Positions 10,179 through 19,404 of a stretch of 64,000 nt of DNA are shown one piece after another. Below the pieces are notes generated by a model that was not told the origin of the DNA, did not search any database, and was given only the letters and a program-made list of their open reading frames with translations. The stretch comes from Candidatus Latescibacterota bacterium (GTDB lineage Bacteria; Latescibacterota; UBA2968). How positions within the stretch are numbered: position 1 is the stretch's first letter; each line of letters starts with the position of its first letter. Position numbers and translations under genes: made by a program. The stretch is taken from positions 1,408,001-1,472,000 of the forward strand of contig OZ240241.1 of NCBI GenBank assembly GCA_965198115.1. Reading direction: 5' to 3'.

Positions 10179-11690
10179 TCATGGACTCAGCGCACCTGCG
10201 TCAGCTTCGTTGTCCAGGTAGTACGAGTCGAGCGGCCTGGGGGGAATGCCCAGGGTTTTGAACCTGTGAAAATCGTATGGTCCCACCGGTGCAAAATCTC
10301 CGCGCAGCGCATAGATGGAACCATTAGTCAGTCGGATTGAAAACCGCACCACCTGTCCCTCGAGTGCGGAGATGGATTTCCCGTCGTTCCATGTTGGCGT
10401 CCAGAACAACTCATCTCCGGCAAAGGGAACGCAGTCTTCGAACCCGTAACCCGTCAGTGGCTCTCCCCTGCCATCTTCCACCTGGACGCGGACCTCGCCA
10501 TAGGGTGCCTGCACGTTGATCCGCAGATCGCCACCCTGCCAGAGAATGAAGCGCGTCGTGAGCGCTCCGGGTCCTCCCGCAGATTGGAAATAGCAAAAAC
10601 CATCGAGTCTGAGTTCGTGCAGGAGAATGGCGCTTTGCCTCGACACCGCAGGATCCAAGAAAACCTGGCCGTGCTCTCCCTTGAATGAGCTCGAGTAGAC
10701 TCTGATTCTATCATCATCGGTCACGACCATGCTCGATGAATGAATCGAGCCCGAACCGTACTCGCCCGGCTCGCTGTTGGCGATGAAGGGATCCCGCAGA
10801 CCCCGCTGGAAGTGCCATCCATTGTAGCTGTAGATCAGCTGAGAGTCGATTTTTCCGTGCAGGAACTTGATGGGACCGTCGATGTCGGCAGCCGCGTGGT
10901 AGGCGGCTGATACCTCTGGCGGCGTGTGGTAGATCCACACGAATCCGACGAACATGCCCTCGTAGGGAAAAACCGGCATGCCGTAGATCTCGGCCGACGG
11001 TGTATCGAGGGCGTCAGCCTGGAGCAAGAGCTCGGGCTTGGAAAAAGAGCGCCAGTCCCTGGTTTCGTAGATGGCGACTCTGCGGTCGCCGACGCTTGGC
11101 CGGGCGGTGATGCAGTAGCTGTTGCGGTATCGGTTCCAGAACGCCGTCGCAGCCGGGTCGATCCCCCACGGATGCCACCTGGCGTCCGGGGCTCGCCGCC
11201 ACGCCCTGCCGTCCGGCGAAACGTACAGAAGGCAGTCATGGCCGACCCCATCTTCAGCCCAGCAACAGACGAGTCCTTTGACTCGCTCGCGGGGATCCTC
11301 CGCCCTCACATCGAAGTAAGCGGGTGCCCACTCGAAGAACTCGCCCGAGGGGATCACCTGATGGGGAACCTGCCGCGGGAATTCGCCTCCCTCGGATGAG
11401 AGGTCGGGGACCTCCCATCGAATCCCGTCGTCACTTTCCGCCACCACGGCGACATAACCGCCCACCTCCGCCTTCTCCCGGTGCGGCCCACCCTGATACA
11501 GACAGCGCCATGTGCCGCTGTCGGGATCCCGGAATACCGATGGATATCCGGAGTGCACGTCCAGATAAGGGTCTTGAAACAGCCCGTCACGGACCAGACT
11601 CGGCTGGCCGATGCGACGGTCGAGATTCTCGCGCCTGTACAGATGCCAGTCATCGAAAAAAAGCATGACTCTGTGATCGTCCCTACGCAT
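10179..11690 (-). CDS. Glycoside hydrolase-like five-bladed beta-propeller protein
   Basis: LFFDDW, AESDDGIRW, SPDGRAW, EIYGMPVFPYEG, LRLDGF; RBS GAGGAGG before ATG 11690. Confidence 0.65.
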   Translation of the reverse strand: MRRDDHRVMLFFDDWHLYRRENLDRRIGQPSLVRDGLFQDPYLDVHSGYPSVFRDPDSGTWRCLYQGGPHREKAEVGGYVAVVAESDDGIRWEVPDLSSEGGEFPRQVPHQVIPSGEFFEWAPAYFDVRAEDPRERVKGLVCCWAEDGVGHDCLLYVSPDGRAWRRAPDARWHPWGIDPAATAFWNRYRNSYCITARPSVGDRRVAIYETRDWRSFSKPELLLQADALDTPSAEIYGMPVFPYEGMFVGFVWIYHTPPEVSAAYHAAADIDGPIKFLHGKIDSQLIYSYNGWHFQRGLRDPFIANSEPGEYGSGSIHSSSMVVTDDDRIRVYSSSFKGEHGQVFLDPAVSRQSAILLHELRLDGFCYFQSAGGPGALTTRFILWQGGDLRINVQAPYGEVRVQVEDGRGEPLTGYGFEDCVPFAGDELFWTPTWNDGKSISALEGQVVRFSIRLTNGSIYALRGDFAPVGPYDFHRFKTLGIPPRPLDSYYLDNEADAGALSP

Positions 11691-12499
11691 TGAACCTGCC
11701 CTCCTCAGCCGATCGATCATCCGGTTAGTGGGTTCTCCCTTCACGCCGCAACCCGCATCGTGGCCGACGACCGATCCCGCCTCGAGCGCTTGCGCCGTTA
11801 CGTCATACGACCACCACTGGCCGCAGGCAAGCTCTGTGTTCTTGATAAAGAAACGTTGAGTTTCAGCCTCAAGACGCCTTGGTCCGATGGGACCACGCAC
11901 CTCGTGCTCTCACCGTTGGAACTGATCGAGAAGCTCGCCGCTCTTATTCCTCCGCCTCGTCTAAACCTTGTTCGTTATCTGGCGCCAAATGCCGCAAGTC
12001 GAGATCGCATCGTTCCAGGGCCACAGGAAGTGGTCGCCGAAGGCTGCGATCAGACCGAGCAACCCTCGTCACCCCAACCGGTCTATCGCCTCTCCTGGGC
12101 CCGCCTGCTTGCACGGGTTTTCCGCGTCGATGTGACGGAATGCCCTGCGTGTGGCGGGAAGATGAAAATCATCGCCGCATTGACCGAGCCCGTTGCCATT
12201 CGCACCTACCTCGACGGAGTCGGTCTGGCCTCGCGCCCGCCACCCATCGCCCCCGCACGTCTCCTCCCTCAAACTGAATTCGAATACGCGGATTAACGCC
12301 ACCTTCCACTTGCGTGCGACCGCGGAGAAGTATGTCCTCGCAAGATGCACAGCGCACTTTCGACTCCGGCTAGCGGCACGTGGCCGCAACTCAACGAATT
12401 CCACGTCCAGCATACTGCAACCAGGCTTGCCGCAACCTTCGCCACGCCCGAACCTGTGCCATTACCCGAGCCAGGGAGTGAGAGAACACCCTTTATTCT

Positions 12500-13919
12500 G
12501 GCTATATCCGGATCTCTCAACGAGCTGAAGTGGGTGAAGGTGCCGTGGTTCCTGGCATGGGGGCGCGGTTAGCGTGTGCGGAACCTCTTCGGAATCTGCT
12601 CAGGGATGTTTATGTCTCCGACGGTAAGGAAGATCATATCGTTGAATGCGTCGAGTGTGCGGAATCCGCTGGCTCGGTTCTTGACGATTTGGACGATTCG
12701 GTTGAGGCCTTCGGCGATGGCGTTGGTAAGACGCGTGTTCACGAATGCGAGGACGCCGAAGAAGTGCTGTCGCAGGGTCCTGACGAACTTTCGCAGGGGT
12801 TCAAGTCGACTTCTGAGTGCGGACGTCGTCCAGCATTTCAGGAAGCGTTCGGCAGCCCAGGGCGCTTTGTATTCCCAGAACTGCTCGAACTCGTCCTTGA
12901 GTCTCCAGGCTCTATAGATTCGGTAGTTCGCCTTCTCCAGTGCTTTGAGTGTCCGAGTATCCCCTCTGGAGCGTGTCGCTGAGTGCCGGTAGAGGAGCCA
13001 TCGGAGGCCCTTCATGGCTTTGCGCTCATCCGGGGCAGCTTTACGCCACTGGTCCTTACGGACCTCGTCAACGGCGGCATTGAGAGCCTTGACGATGTGA
13101 AAGCGATCGAGGACCAGCTTGGCATTCGGACAGTGTTCCTGGATGGCTCCGATGTAAGCTTCGCTCATGTCGCAGCAGGCCCACTCGATCTTGGATCTCC
13201 GGTAGGGACTGAGAGCCTCTGTGAAGAACCGATCGATCGTTTTACGCGCCCTGCCGCGGCCAACCCACACCACGCAGGAGCGGTCCAGATCGTAAACGAG
13301 CGTGGCGTACCTGTGACGCTTGGCGTAGGAGATCTCGTCGATCCCGATGGTTTTGAGCCCTCGGATACGATGACCTTCACGAAGCCGCGTGATGGATCGG
13401 TGAAGGAGATCCGACAGCGTCGAGGCAGAGATGCGCAGTAACTCGGACGCCGCCTTCTGCGTCATGGTCTGGCAGTAGCGCAGCATGGCATACTCGAAGC
13501 GATACGTCACCCGAGAGAACCGCTCCGCCCACGGAATCTCCTCGACCACACGACCGTGGGTAGGACACCGAATCTCCCGAGGATGGTAGAGAAGCCAGAC
13601 CCTCCACCCGCACACCGGAATGTCACGCCACCGACGCGGATGGGGCATTGTGCGGACGATTTTACCTCGACGGCCGCACTCCGGACAACAACAACCATTC
13701 TTATGGGGCTTTACGGCGATGACGAAGCAGCTTCTCCCCTCAAACCACCAGCTGACAACACGGAACCCCTTGAATCTCAGCAGTTTCGATAGTAATCTGC
13801 TCCCGGTCATAGGTCGCACCCCCTTCGCTTTGATTGTCCTACACACACAACCAAGCGTAGGGAACGATCTATGACCTTGTCATTCTATAGTTTCACCGTT
13901 GAGAAACCCGGATAGAGCC
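12500..13919 (-). mobile_element. ISL3-family element, copy 1
   Basis: IRs GGCTCTATCCGGGTTTCTCAACG / GGCTATATCCGGATCTCTCAACG; 8-bp TSD TTTATTCT. Confidence 0.95.
12569..13846 (-). CDS. ISL3 transposase
   Basis: CPECG zinc finger, IGIDEI, CDMSEAY, DRFHIV, TNAIAEGLN. Confidence 0.95.
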   Translation of the reverse strand: MCRTIKAKGVRPMTGSRLLSKLLRFKGFRVVSWWFEGRSCFVIAVKPHKNGCCCPECGRRGKIVRTMPHPRRWRDIPVCGWRVWLLYHPREIRCPTHGRVVEEIPWAERFSRVTYRFEYAMLRYCQTMTQKAASELLRISASTLSDLLHRSITRLREGHRIRGLKTIGIDEISYAKRHRYATLVYDLDRSCVVWVGRGRARKTIDRFFTEALSPYRRSKIEWACCDMSEAYIGAIQEHCPNAKLVLDRFHIVKALNAAVDEVRKDQWRKAAPDERKAMKGLRWLLYRHSATRSRGDTRTLKALEKANYRIYRAWRLKDEFEQFWEYKAPWAAERFLKCWTTSALRSRLEPLRKFVRTLRQHFFGVLAFVNTRLTNAIAEGLNRIVQIVKNRASGFRTLDAFNDMIFLTVGDINIPEQIPKRFRTR

Positions 13920-13929
13920 TTTATTCTTC

Positions 13930-15562
13930 CTATCCGCTGCCCAACACCATCACCTCGCACTGGTGCACCGCTGGCCAGGGATCCGGTGTCTGCAGCCCAT
14001 CCAGCCCGAGTAACACCCGGTTCTCGCCGCGCTGGACAGGTGGATTCTCGGCGATGAGCCACGACTGGCCCCACTGGTTCTCGACGCTGGCCGCGCCGGA
14101 GAGTGAGACGTCCCGGCCGTTGACCTTGCACACGATGCGATCCATGTGCGATTCGCAATCGGTGAGACGCAGGCGCAGCTGCGTCCCCGCGATGCGACCA
14201 TCTGCCAGACCCGCTTCGATGTCGTCCTCGATGATGAGGCTCATCTCGTAGCCGGCGCCTCCAGTGCTGCGGGCAAACATGCTGAGCTCGCGCGGCACCT
14301 GCGGTCGGTGATCCTCCGGACGAGTGCGCCGGGTTGCCGAACAGGTGCGAATCCGAGACGCAGTAGCAGCGGTCCCGTTGTGCCAGCCTCTTCGGGTCGG
14401 TCAGATCGGTCAGGAGCTGCAGGTGGTCCTCGTTGTAGGTCTCCTCGTCTCTCGGTCCGGCGCGGTGGTGTTTGTAGTCGTAGTTGAACAGGTACACGCC
14501 GGCGGCGCCCTGCTCGTATCCGTTGAGGGCCACCGCCCGCAGCACCGCCGGCACAGCACTATCGTACCCCTCGTGAGGTGATGTCAGGTGCGTCGCGCCT
14601 TCGAAGCCCACGTAGATTAGCACGCCGGTGTCGCGAGCGCATTCTACGGCGTCGCCGATGTCGATGCGGGACGGGCAGTACGAAGCCGATGACAGCACGA
14701 ACAGATCGGCCACGGGCTCGCTGATCCACGTGCGCGCATCGATGCCGATTTCACGACCCTCGTCTAGGCAGGGTGGCACGCGGGTGATCAGCGCAATCTC
14801 CTTGCCCTTGTTATCGGATTGCTGGCGAACCGTTGCATGGGCTGCTCGCATGAAGTCGGTCAGCGTGTCGAGATTGTCGAGCAGGCGGCCAGGCTTGAAA
14901 TAGGGCGGGCCGCGCATCCAGTCGAGCTCCACGGCGTCGAAGTCGTAGCGCTCGAGGGTCTCATCGATCAAACCGAGAAAACGGTTGCGCACGTCTTCTT
15001 CTTCGTAGTTCCACTGCCAGCTGAAGTTCCAGCGATCGGCTCCGGGAGCAGGCGTCGGCAAGGGCGATCCGATCAGCAGATCGGGGCGGGTCTTCTTGAT
15101 GCGACTGCGCACCTGCCATTCTCGGGCCTCGTCGCACGTGTGGGCGTCGTTCATGCGGATCGATGCGATGGCGGTGATGCCGTGCTTGCGACACCCATCG
15201 ATGTAGATCTGCATGAGCTCGCGGCCGTCTTCTATCACCGCGTCCATGCAGTTGTAGAGTTGCTCGAGACGGCTCAACTCGAAACCACCAACAGTCATTT
15301 TGCGAATCGGGTTGCCGTCGGCGTCGAAATCCGGGTCGGGGTCCCAGATCTCGGTGTCGTCCCCCCACATGGCCGAGTGTGGGCTGCCGCGCCAGACCAC
15401 ATCGTCGTCGATGCCGATGAGACCGGCGAGCGCCTCCACCCCCGAGGGCACGAGCTGGTCCAGCTGATGCGTGACGTCGTCTGGATTGCGGTCCGGCAGA
15501 TAGAATAGCATCCAGTTGCCGTCGGTATTGAAAATCAGGCGCGACCACCGCTTGTTCCCCAT
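13930..15562 (-). pseudogene. Glycoside hydrolase-like TIM-barrel protein, frameshifted near 14310
   Basis: RLIFNTDG, SIRMNDAH, YDFDAVELDWMR, GAAGVYLFNY; C-terminus continues in ORF 13930-14298. Confidence 0.65.
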
Positions 15563-15659
15563 CGACTTCTCCGTCATCATGGCGCGGGTCATAGCCGCGC
15601 TAGCACTTTGCCTTTGGACATGGTTCGAGCCGACTACCTCCGGCACCGCAGAAATATGC

Positions 15660-15708
15660 GCCATTACCCGAGCCAGTGAGTGAGAGAACACCCTTATTCT
15701 TCCTATCC
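15660..15708 (+). mobile_element. Isolated ISCR/IS91 oriIS-like end
   Basis: CCATTACCCGAGCCAGTGAGTGAGAGAACACCCTTATTCTTCCTATCC matches 12459-12499 plus 13928-13935. Confidence 0.7.
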
Positions 15709-16277
15709 GCGCTGGCGAGCGCTCGAACTCGTGCAGGCCGACACCTATCCACAGCAATCCGATGCCGTTGTACAGCAGCCCATTCCCCCGCGCCCCTTCG
15801 ACCGCCTCCATGCATTCGGCGCAGAAGGTACCCAGCCAGTGCGTGAGGGCCGAAACTTGCCTGAGTAGCGGAAGATGTTTGTATCCGCTCACGCGTCGCA
15901 GGCGAGGTTCGATGTCGAGGAGTGCGGCAGCCACCCATCTGTGTCTCTGGGGAGAGTTGTTCCAGCGTCTGACCTTCCGAGTGAGGTCGCCGGTCATGCT
16001 GTTGAGGGTTCGATGCAGTTGGTGGTTCGGAAGCTTCGTTTCAGGAATGGGAGCATACCCAGCCGGTGGAGGGTCAGGGTTTCCTCCAGGCCTTCCTCGA
16101 GGCTCGTTACGGCAGACTGATTCATCAGCTTCAGTTCGGGTTTAAGTGATTCGAGTGCGGCCTTTGCCTCCTCGTAGGTGTCGCAGTCATAGGCTTTCTG
16201 AAGCTTCCGTCGAACTCTTGGACGTTCCCTCTCCGGGAGATAGCTGACGACATTCTCGCGCTTGTGCCACTGACAGC

Positions 16278-17651
16278 GAGCTATAATCAAAAGGTGTGGA
16301 AAAAGAGAAAGGGCGACCCTACCCTTCCCGTGAGATAGTTGATTCACACAAAACCGGGTGAGAGGCCCGGTTGGGAAGGAGGATCGCCGTGAAGGAACAT
16401 ACGCATAGAGCCCCATTGAAGTCCATGCCGACGTGGGAGACGGTTGACGATTGGATCCGTGAAGAGATCCAGGGCCGGTTCCAGTCCATTCTGGAGGAGG
16501 AGGCGACCGCGTTCTTGGGCCGGTCGTGGTATGAGCGCCGAGCCGAGGTCGATAGCTCCACGGGCTACAGGAACGGCTACGGCAAGCCCCGGCGTCTCTC
16601 GACGAGCTGCGGAACGATCAAGGTCCGGCGTCCCCGGGTTCGTGGTCTGGAAGAGCGGTTTGAAAGCCGCATCCTCCCCCTGTTCGCCCGGAGAACCAGG
16701 GCCATTGGAGATCTGCTTCCCGACCTTTATCTCCACGGTCTCTCCCAGGGCGACTTCGAGTTGTCTTTGCGTGCGCTGCTCGGTGATGGCGCGCCGCTTT
16801 CGCCGACCTCGATCGCTCGTCTTCGAGGGAAGTGGGAGGTCGACTTCCAGGACTGGAAAGAAAGGCGTCTGGATAATCGCGAACTGGTCTACGCCTGGGC
16901 TGATGGCATCTACGTCAAAGCCGGGCTCGAGCGCGAGAAGGCGTGTCTGCTGGTCGTGATCGGCGCGATGAGCGACGGCAGCAAGGAGATCCTGGCGATA
17001 GAACCCGGTTATCGAGAGTCTACAGAATCCTGGCTCACGGTGCTCCGGGATCTCCGGGATCGCGGGCTCGAACATCCTGTCCTGATCGCCGCGGACGGGA
17101 ATATGGGCATCTGGGCGGCCGTTGATCAGGTCTGGCCAGAGAGCCGGCAACAACGGTGCTGGAACCACAAGATCCTCAACGTGCTCGACAAGGTCGCCAA
17201 GCGTGCACAGGCTGAAGCCCGCGCACTGCTCGTCCAGATCCCCTATGCCGGCACGAAAAAGGAGGCCGAGAAGCTCCGGAAACGCTTTGCCGCACGGTAT
17301 CGCTCACAGTTCCCTGCCGCCGTGGAGACGCTCGAAAGAGACTGGGATCGGATGGTCACGTTCTACGACTTCCCGAAGGAACACTGGAAACACCTGAGAA
17401 CCACGAACGTCGTCGAGAGCCCCTTTGCTTCCGTTCGGCTTCGCACAAACGCCGCCAGGCGATTCAAGAAAGTCAGGAACGCCACGACTCTCATCTGGCG
17501 TACGCTCAAGGTCGCAGAGAGCCGATTCAGGAAACTCACCGCGCCACACTTGCTACAACAAGTCTACGATCAGAAACACTCAACCGGACCGCAGGTCGAA
17601 GCCGGGAAGATGGCCGCCTGATTTCTTTTACACACCTATCGACCTGAACTC
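16278..17651 (+). mobile_element. IS256-family element type A, copy 2 (intact), inserted in the type B transposase
   Basis: Same IRs as copy 1; 8-bp TSD CTGACAGC. Confidence 0.95.
16371..17621 (+). CDS. IS256 (Mutator-type) transposase; probable start GTG at 16389
   Basis: YRNGY, WADGIY, ADG, QRCWNH, RTTNVVES. Confidence 0.95.
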   Translation: MGRRIAVKEHTHRAPLKSMPTWETVDDWIREEIQGRFQSILEEEATAFLGRSWYERRAEVDSSTGYRNGYGKPRRLSTSCGTIKVRRPRVRGLEERFESRILPLFARRTRAIGDLLPDLYLHGLSQGDFELSLRALLGDGAPLSPTSIARLRGKWEVDFQDWKERRLDNRELVYAWADGIYVKAGLEREKACLLVVIGAMSDGSKEILAIEPGYRESTESWLTVLRDLRDRGLEHPVLIAADGNMGIWAAVDQVWPESRQQRCWNHKILNVLDKVAKRAQAEARALLVQIPYAGTKKEAEKLRKRFAARYRSQFPAAVETLERDWDRMVTFYDFPKEHWKHLRTTNVVESPFASVRLRTNAARRFKKVRNATTLIWRTLKVAESRFRKLTAPHLLQQVYDQKHSTGPQVEAGKMAA

Positions 17652-18119
17652 CTGACAGCGATGCACGCGCACATACCCTTTGAGGGCTTTGGTGACAGCA
17701 CTGCGGAGCCCCTTTGAGCCGTCAAGCACAACGAGGAGGCCTTGATCGTAGCACAGGCCTCTCCGGATGAGGTCCTGGATCAGCTGGCGGCAGATCCGTT
17801 CGTTCTCCGTCGCCGATTCGACGAAGCCCAGGGGGATCTTCTGGCCGTCCATCGTGACCCCCAGAGCGATCACGATCTCTTCGTCGGCAAAGCTCTTTCC
17901 GTCAATGAACAGGGTCACGAAGCCGTAGTCGTCGAGGGGACGCTCCTGGAACTGCTTCAGCTTCTTCGCGGTGGCTTTGATGAACCGCCGCGAGACGGAG
18001 GACGCTGAGATACCAAACGCTTCTGGAACCGATTCGGCACAGGCCTTGTAGTTGCGGCACGAGATCCCCTTGAGAACACGAAGCAACAGCCCCTCGTCCG
18101 TCTTCTTGGGCGTCTGTAG

Positions 18120-18913
18120 TGTGACGCCTTGCGATAATTCTCCGCCCGGCTTAAGCTATTCGCAGAATAGGCAGAATCGTTTCAATACGGTTAACAGTGG
18201 AGACCGTTCCCTAATGAGTTGAGGGTCACCTAAGATCTGGCGGCCATGCGACATAGTGCCATAGGAGTACTTACAAGGCGCAACGGCCAAAAGCGGTTGT
18301 CGGACCTACGCCTGATGTCCCTTTCTTTACGCGAACGCGTTTGGCACATTCCGGGGGATCGGGACGCGAAACGCTCTCGACCTCCGACGGAGTCCACGAC
18401 CGGCAGCACCGCCAGGGAGACGGCCGATTTTCTACCCCGCTTCGCCATTTTCGGGAAGCACCTTCAAAGCCGCCTTGTCGACAGACGCAAGCTCTTGTTT
18501 TTGCACTGGTTTAAGTGTTTCCGACACCTGAAAAAACCCCCTTTCGTCGACAACGGCCGCGATGCGCCCTCCGGAACGAAAATTAGGACGGATTAGTAAA
18601 AGAAACGGTCTCAACCGGTGTCCAAAAGAGAGCTGACCGTTTCCACCCCCCCTACCCCCCCGGTGCGGGCCTCGGGCCAGCGACGCGCCCAGGGCCAACA
18701 CCGCGCACCCCCCTATGCCCGCTGGGACCTGGCCTGACCACGTCTTGAGCCTAATCGGTCCTATTTCTCGCGGCGTGTGGGAAAATGAAAAAGGGCGCGG
18801 TCTACATCGGAACGCCCAGAGAGTTCATCCCCCTTAGCCCCGGGTCGTCAGTTCTTGGTGCGTGAGAATGCGAATAGCGTAACTTGGGAGGGAACCTATC
18901 GTAAGCCGTAACA
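18120..18913. mobile_element. 794-bp non-autonomous TGT...ACA element (MITE-like), copy 1
   Basis: 45-bp imperfect terminal IR (33/45 by hand count); no transposase; repeated at 28674-29467. Confidence 0.85.
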
Positions 18914-19051
18914 ACTATGTCGCATGGCCGCCAGATCTTAGGTGACCCTCAACTCATTAGGGAACGGTCTCCACTGTTAACCGTATTGAAACGATTCTGC
19001 CTATTCTGCGAATAGCTTAAGCCGGGCGGAGAATTATCGCAAGGCGTCACA
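18914..19051 (-). repeat. Inverted copy of the first 138 bp of the 794-bp element
   Basis: Reverse complement of 18120-18257, directly abutting the right end of copy 1. Confidence 0.9.
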
Positions 19052-19404
19052 GCACTCCTACCCTTACGGGTGGAGGATTCCAGCCGATCAATCTCGGTGA
19101 ATAGGAATGCACACTAGGAAGATACGGTTTCCGCCGGGATGGCGGCAAGGTGGAATGGGGAAATCTGGTTGTTGTATTGAAGGTTGGTTGGCAGAACCGC
19201 TCAGAGACCAGATGGGGAGAATTCCTAACTGTTCGTCGTCACCCGCCTATCAGATGGTTGTGCGAACGATTCGGGCGAGAGAACCGTGGGAAATGCCCGA
19301 ATAAGCGTGCAGAGGTAGAACGGATTCTGGAATGAGGTCCCTTCCAGATCGCTCCCCGGTTTTTATACCGTGTGTTTCTGTGACTGTCTCCCGAAAGCGC
19401 AGAC

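Larger units (their letters stand above)
11740..13935 (+). mobile_element. ISCR/IS91-family remnant (transposase C-terminus 11760-12296 plus oriIS-like end), interrupted by ISL3
   Basis: LERLRRYVIRPPLA, WSDGTTH, SWARLLARVF, CPACGG; end CCCTTTATTCTTCCTATCC (reconstituted across ISL3) resembles ISCR oriIS. Confidence 0.8.

Noticed and set aside
11691-11900. N-terminal extension of the 573-aa ORF
   Set aside because: It is antisense to the ISCR transposase fragment; the real start is likely 11690
13880-15997. 705-aa ORF as a single protein
   Set aside because: Chimeric read-through: IS256 tail + junction DNA + hydrolase-like gene + out-of-frame tail
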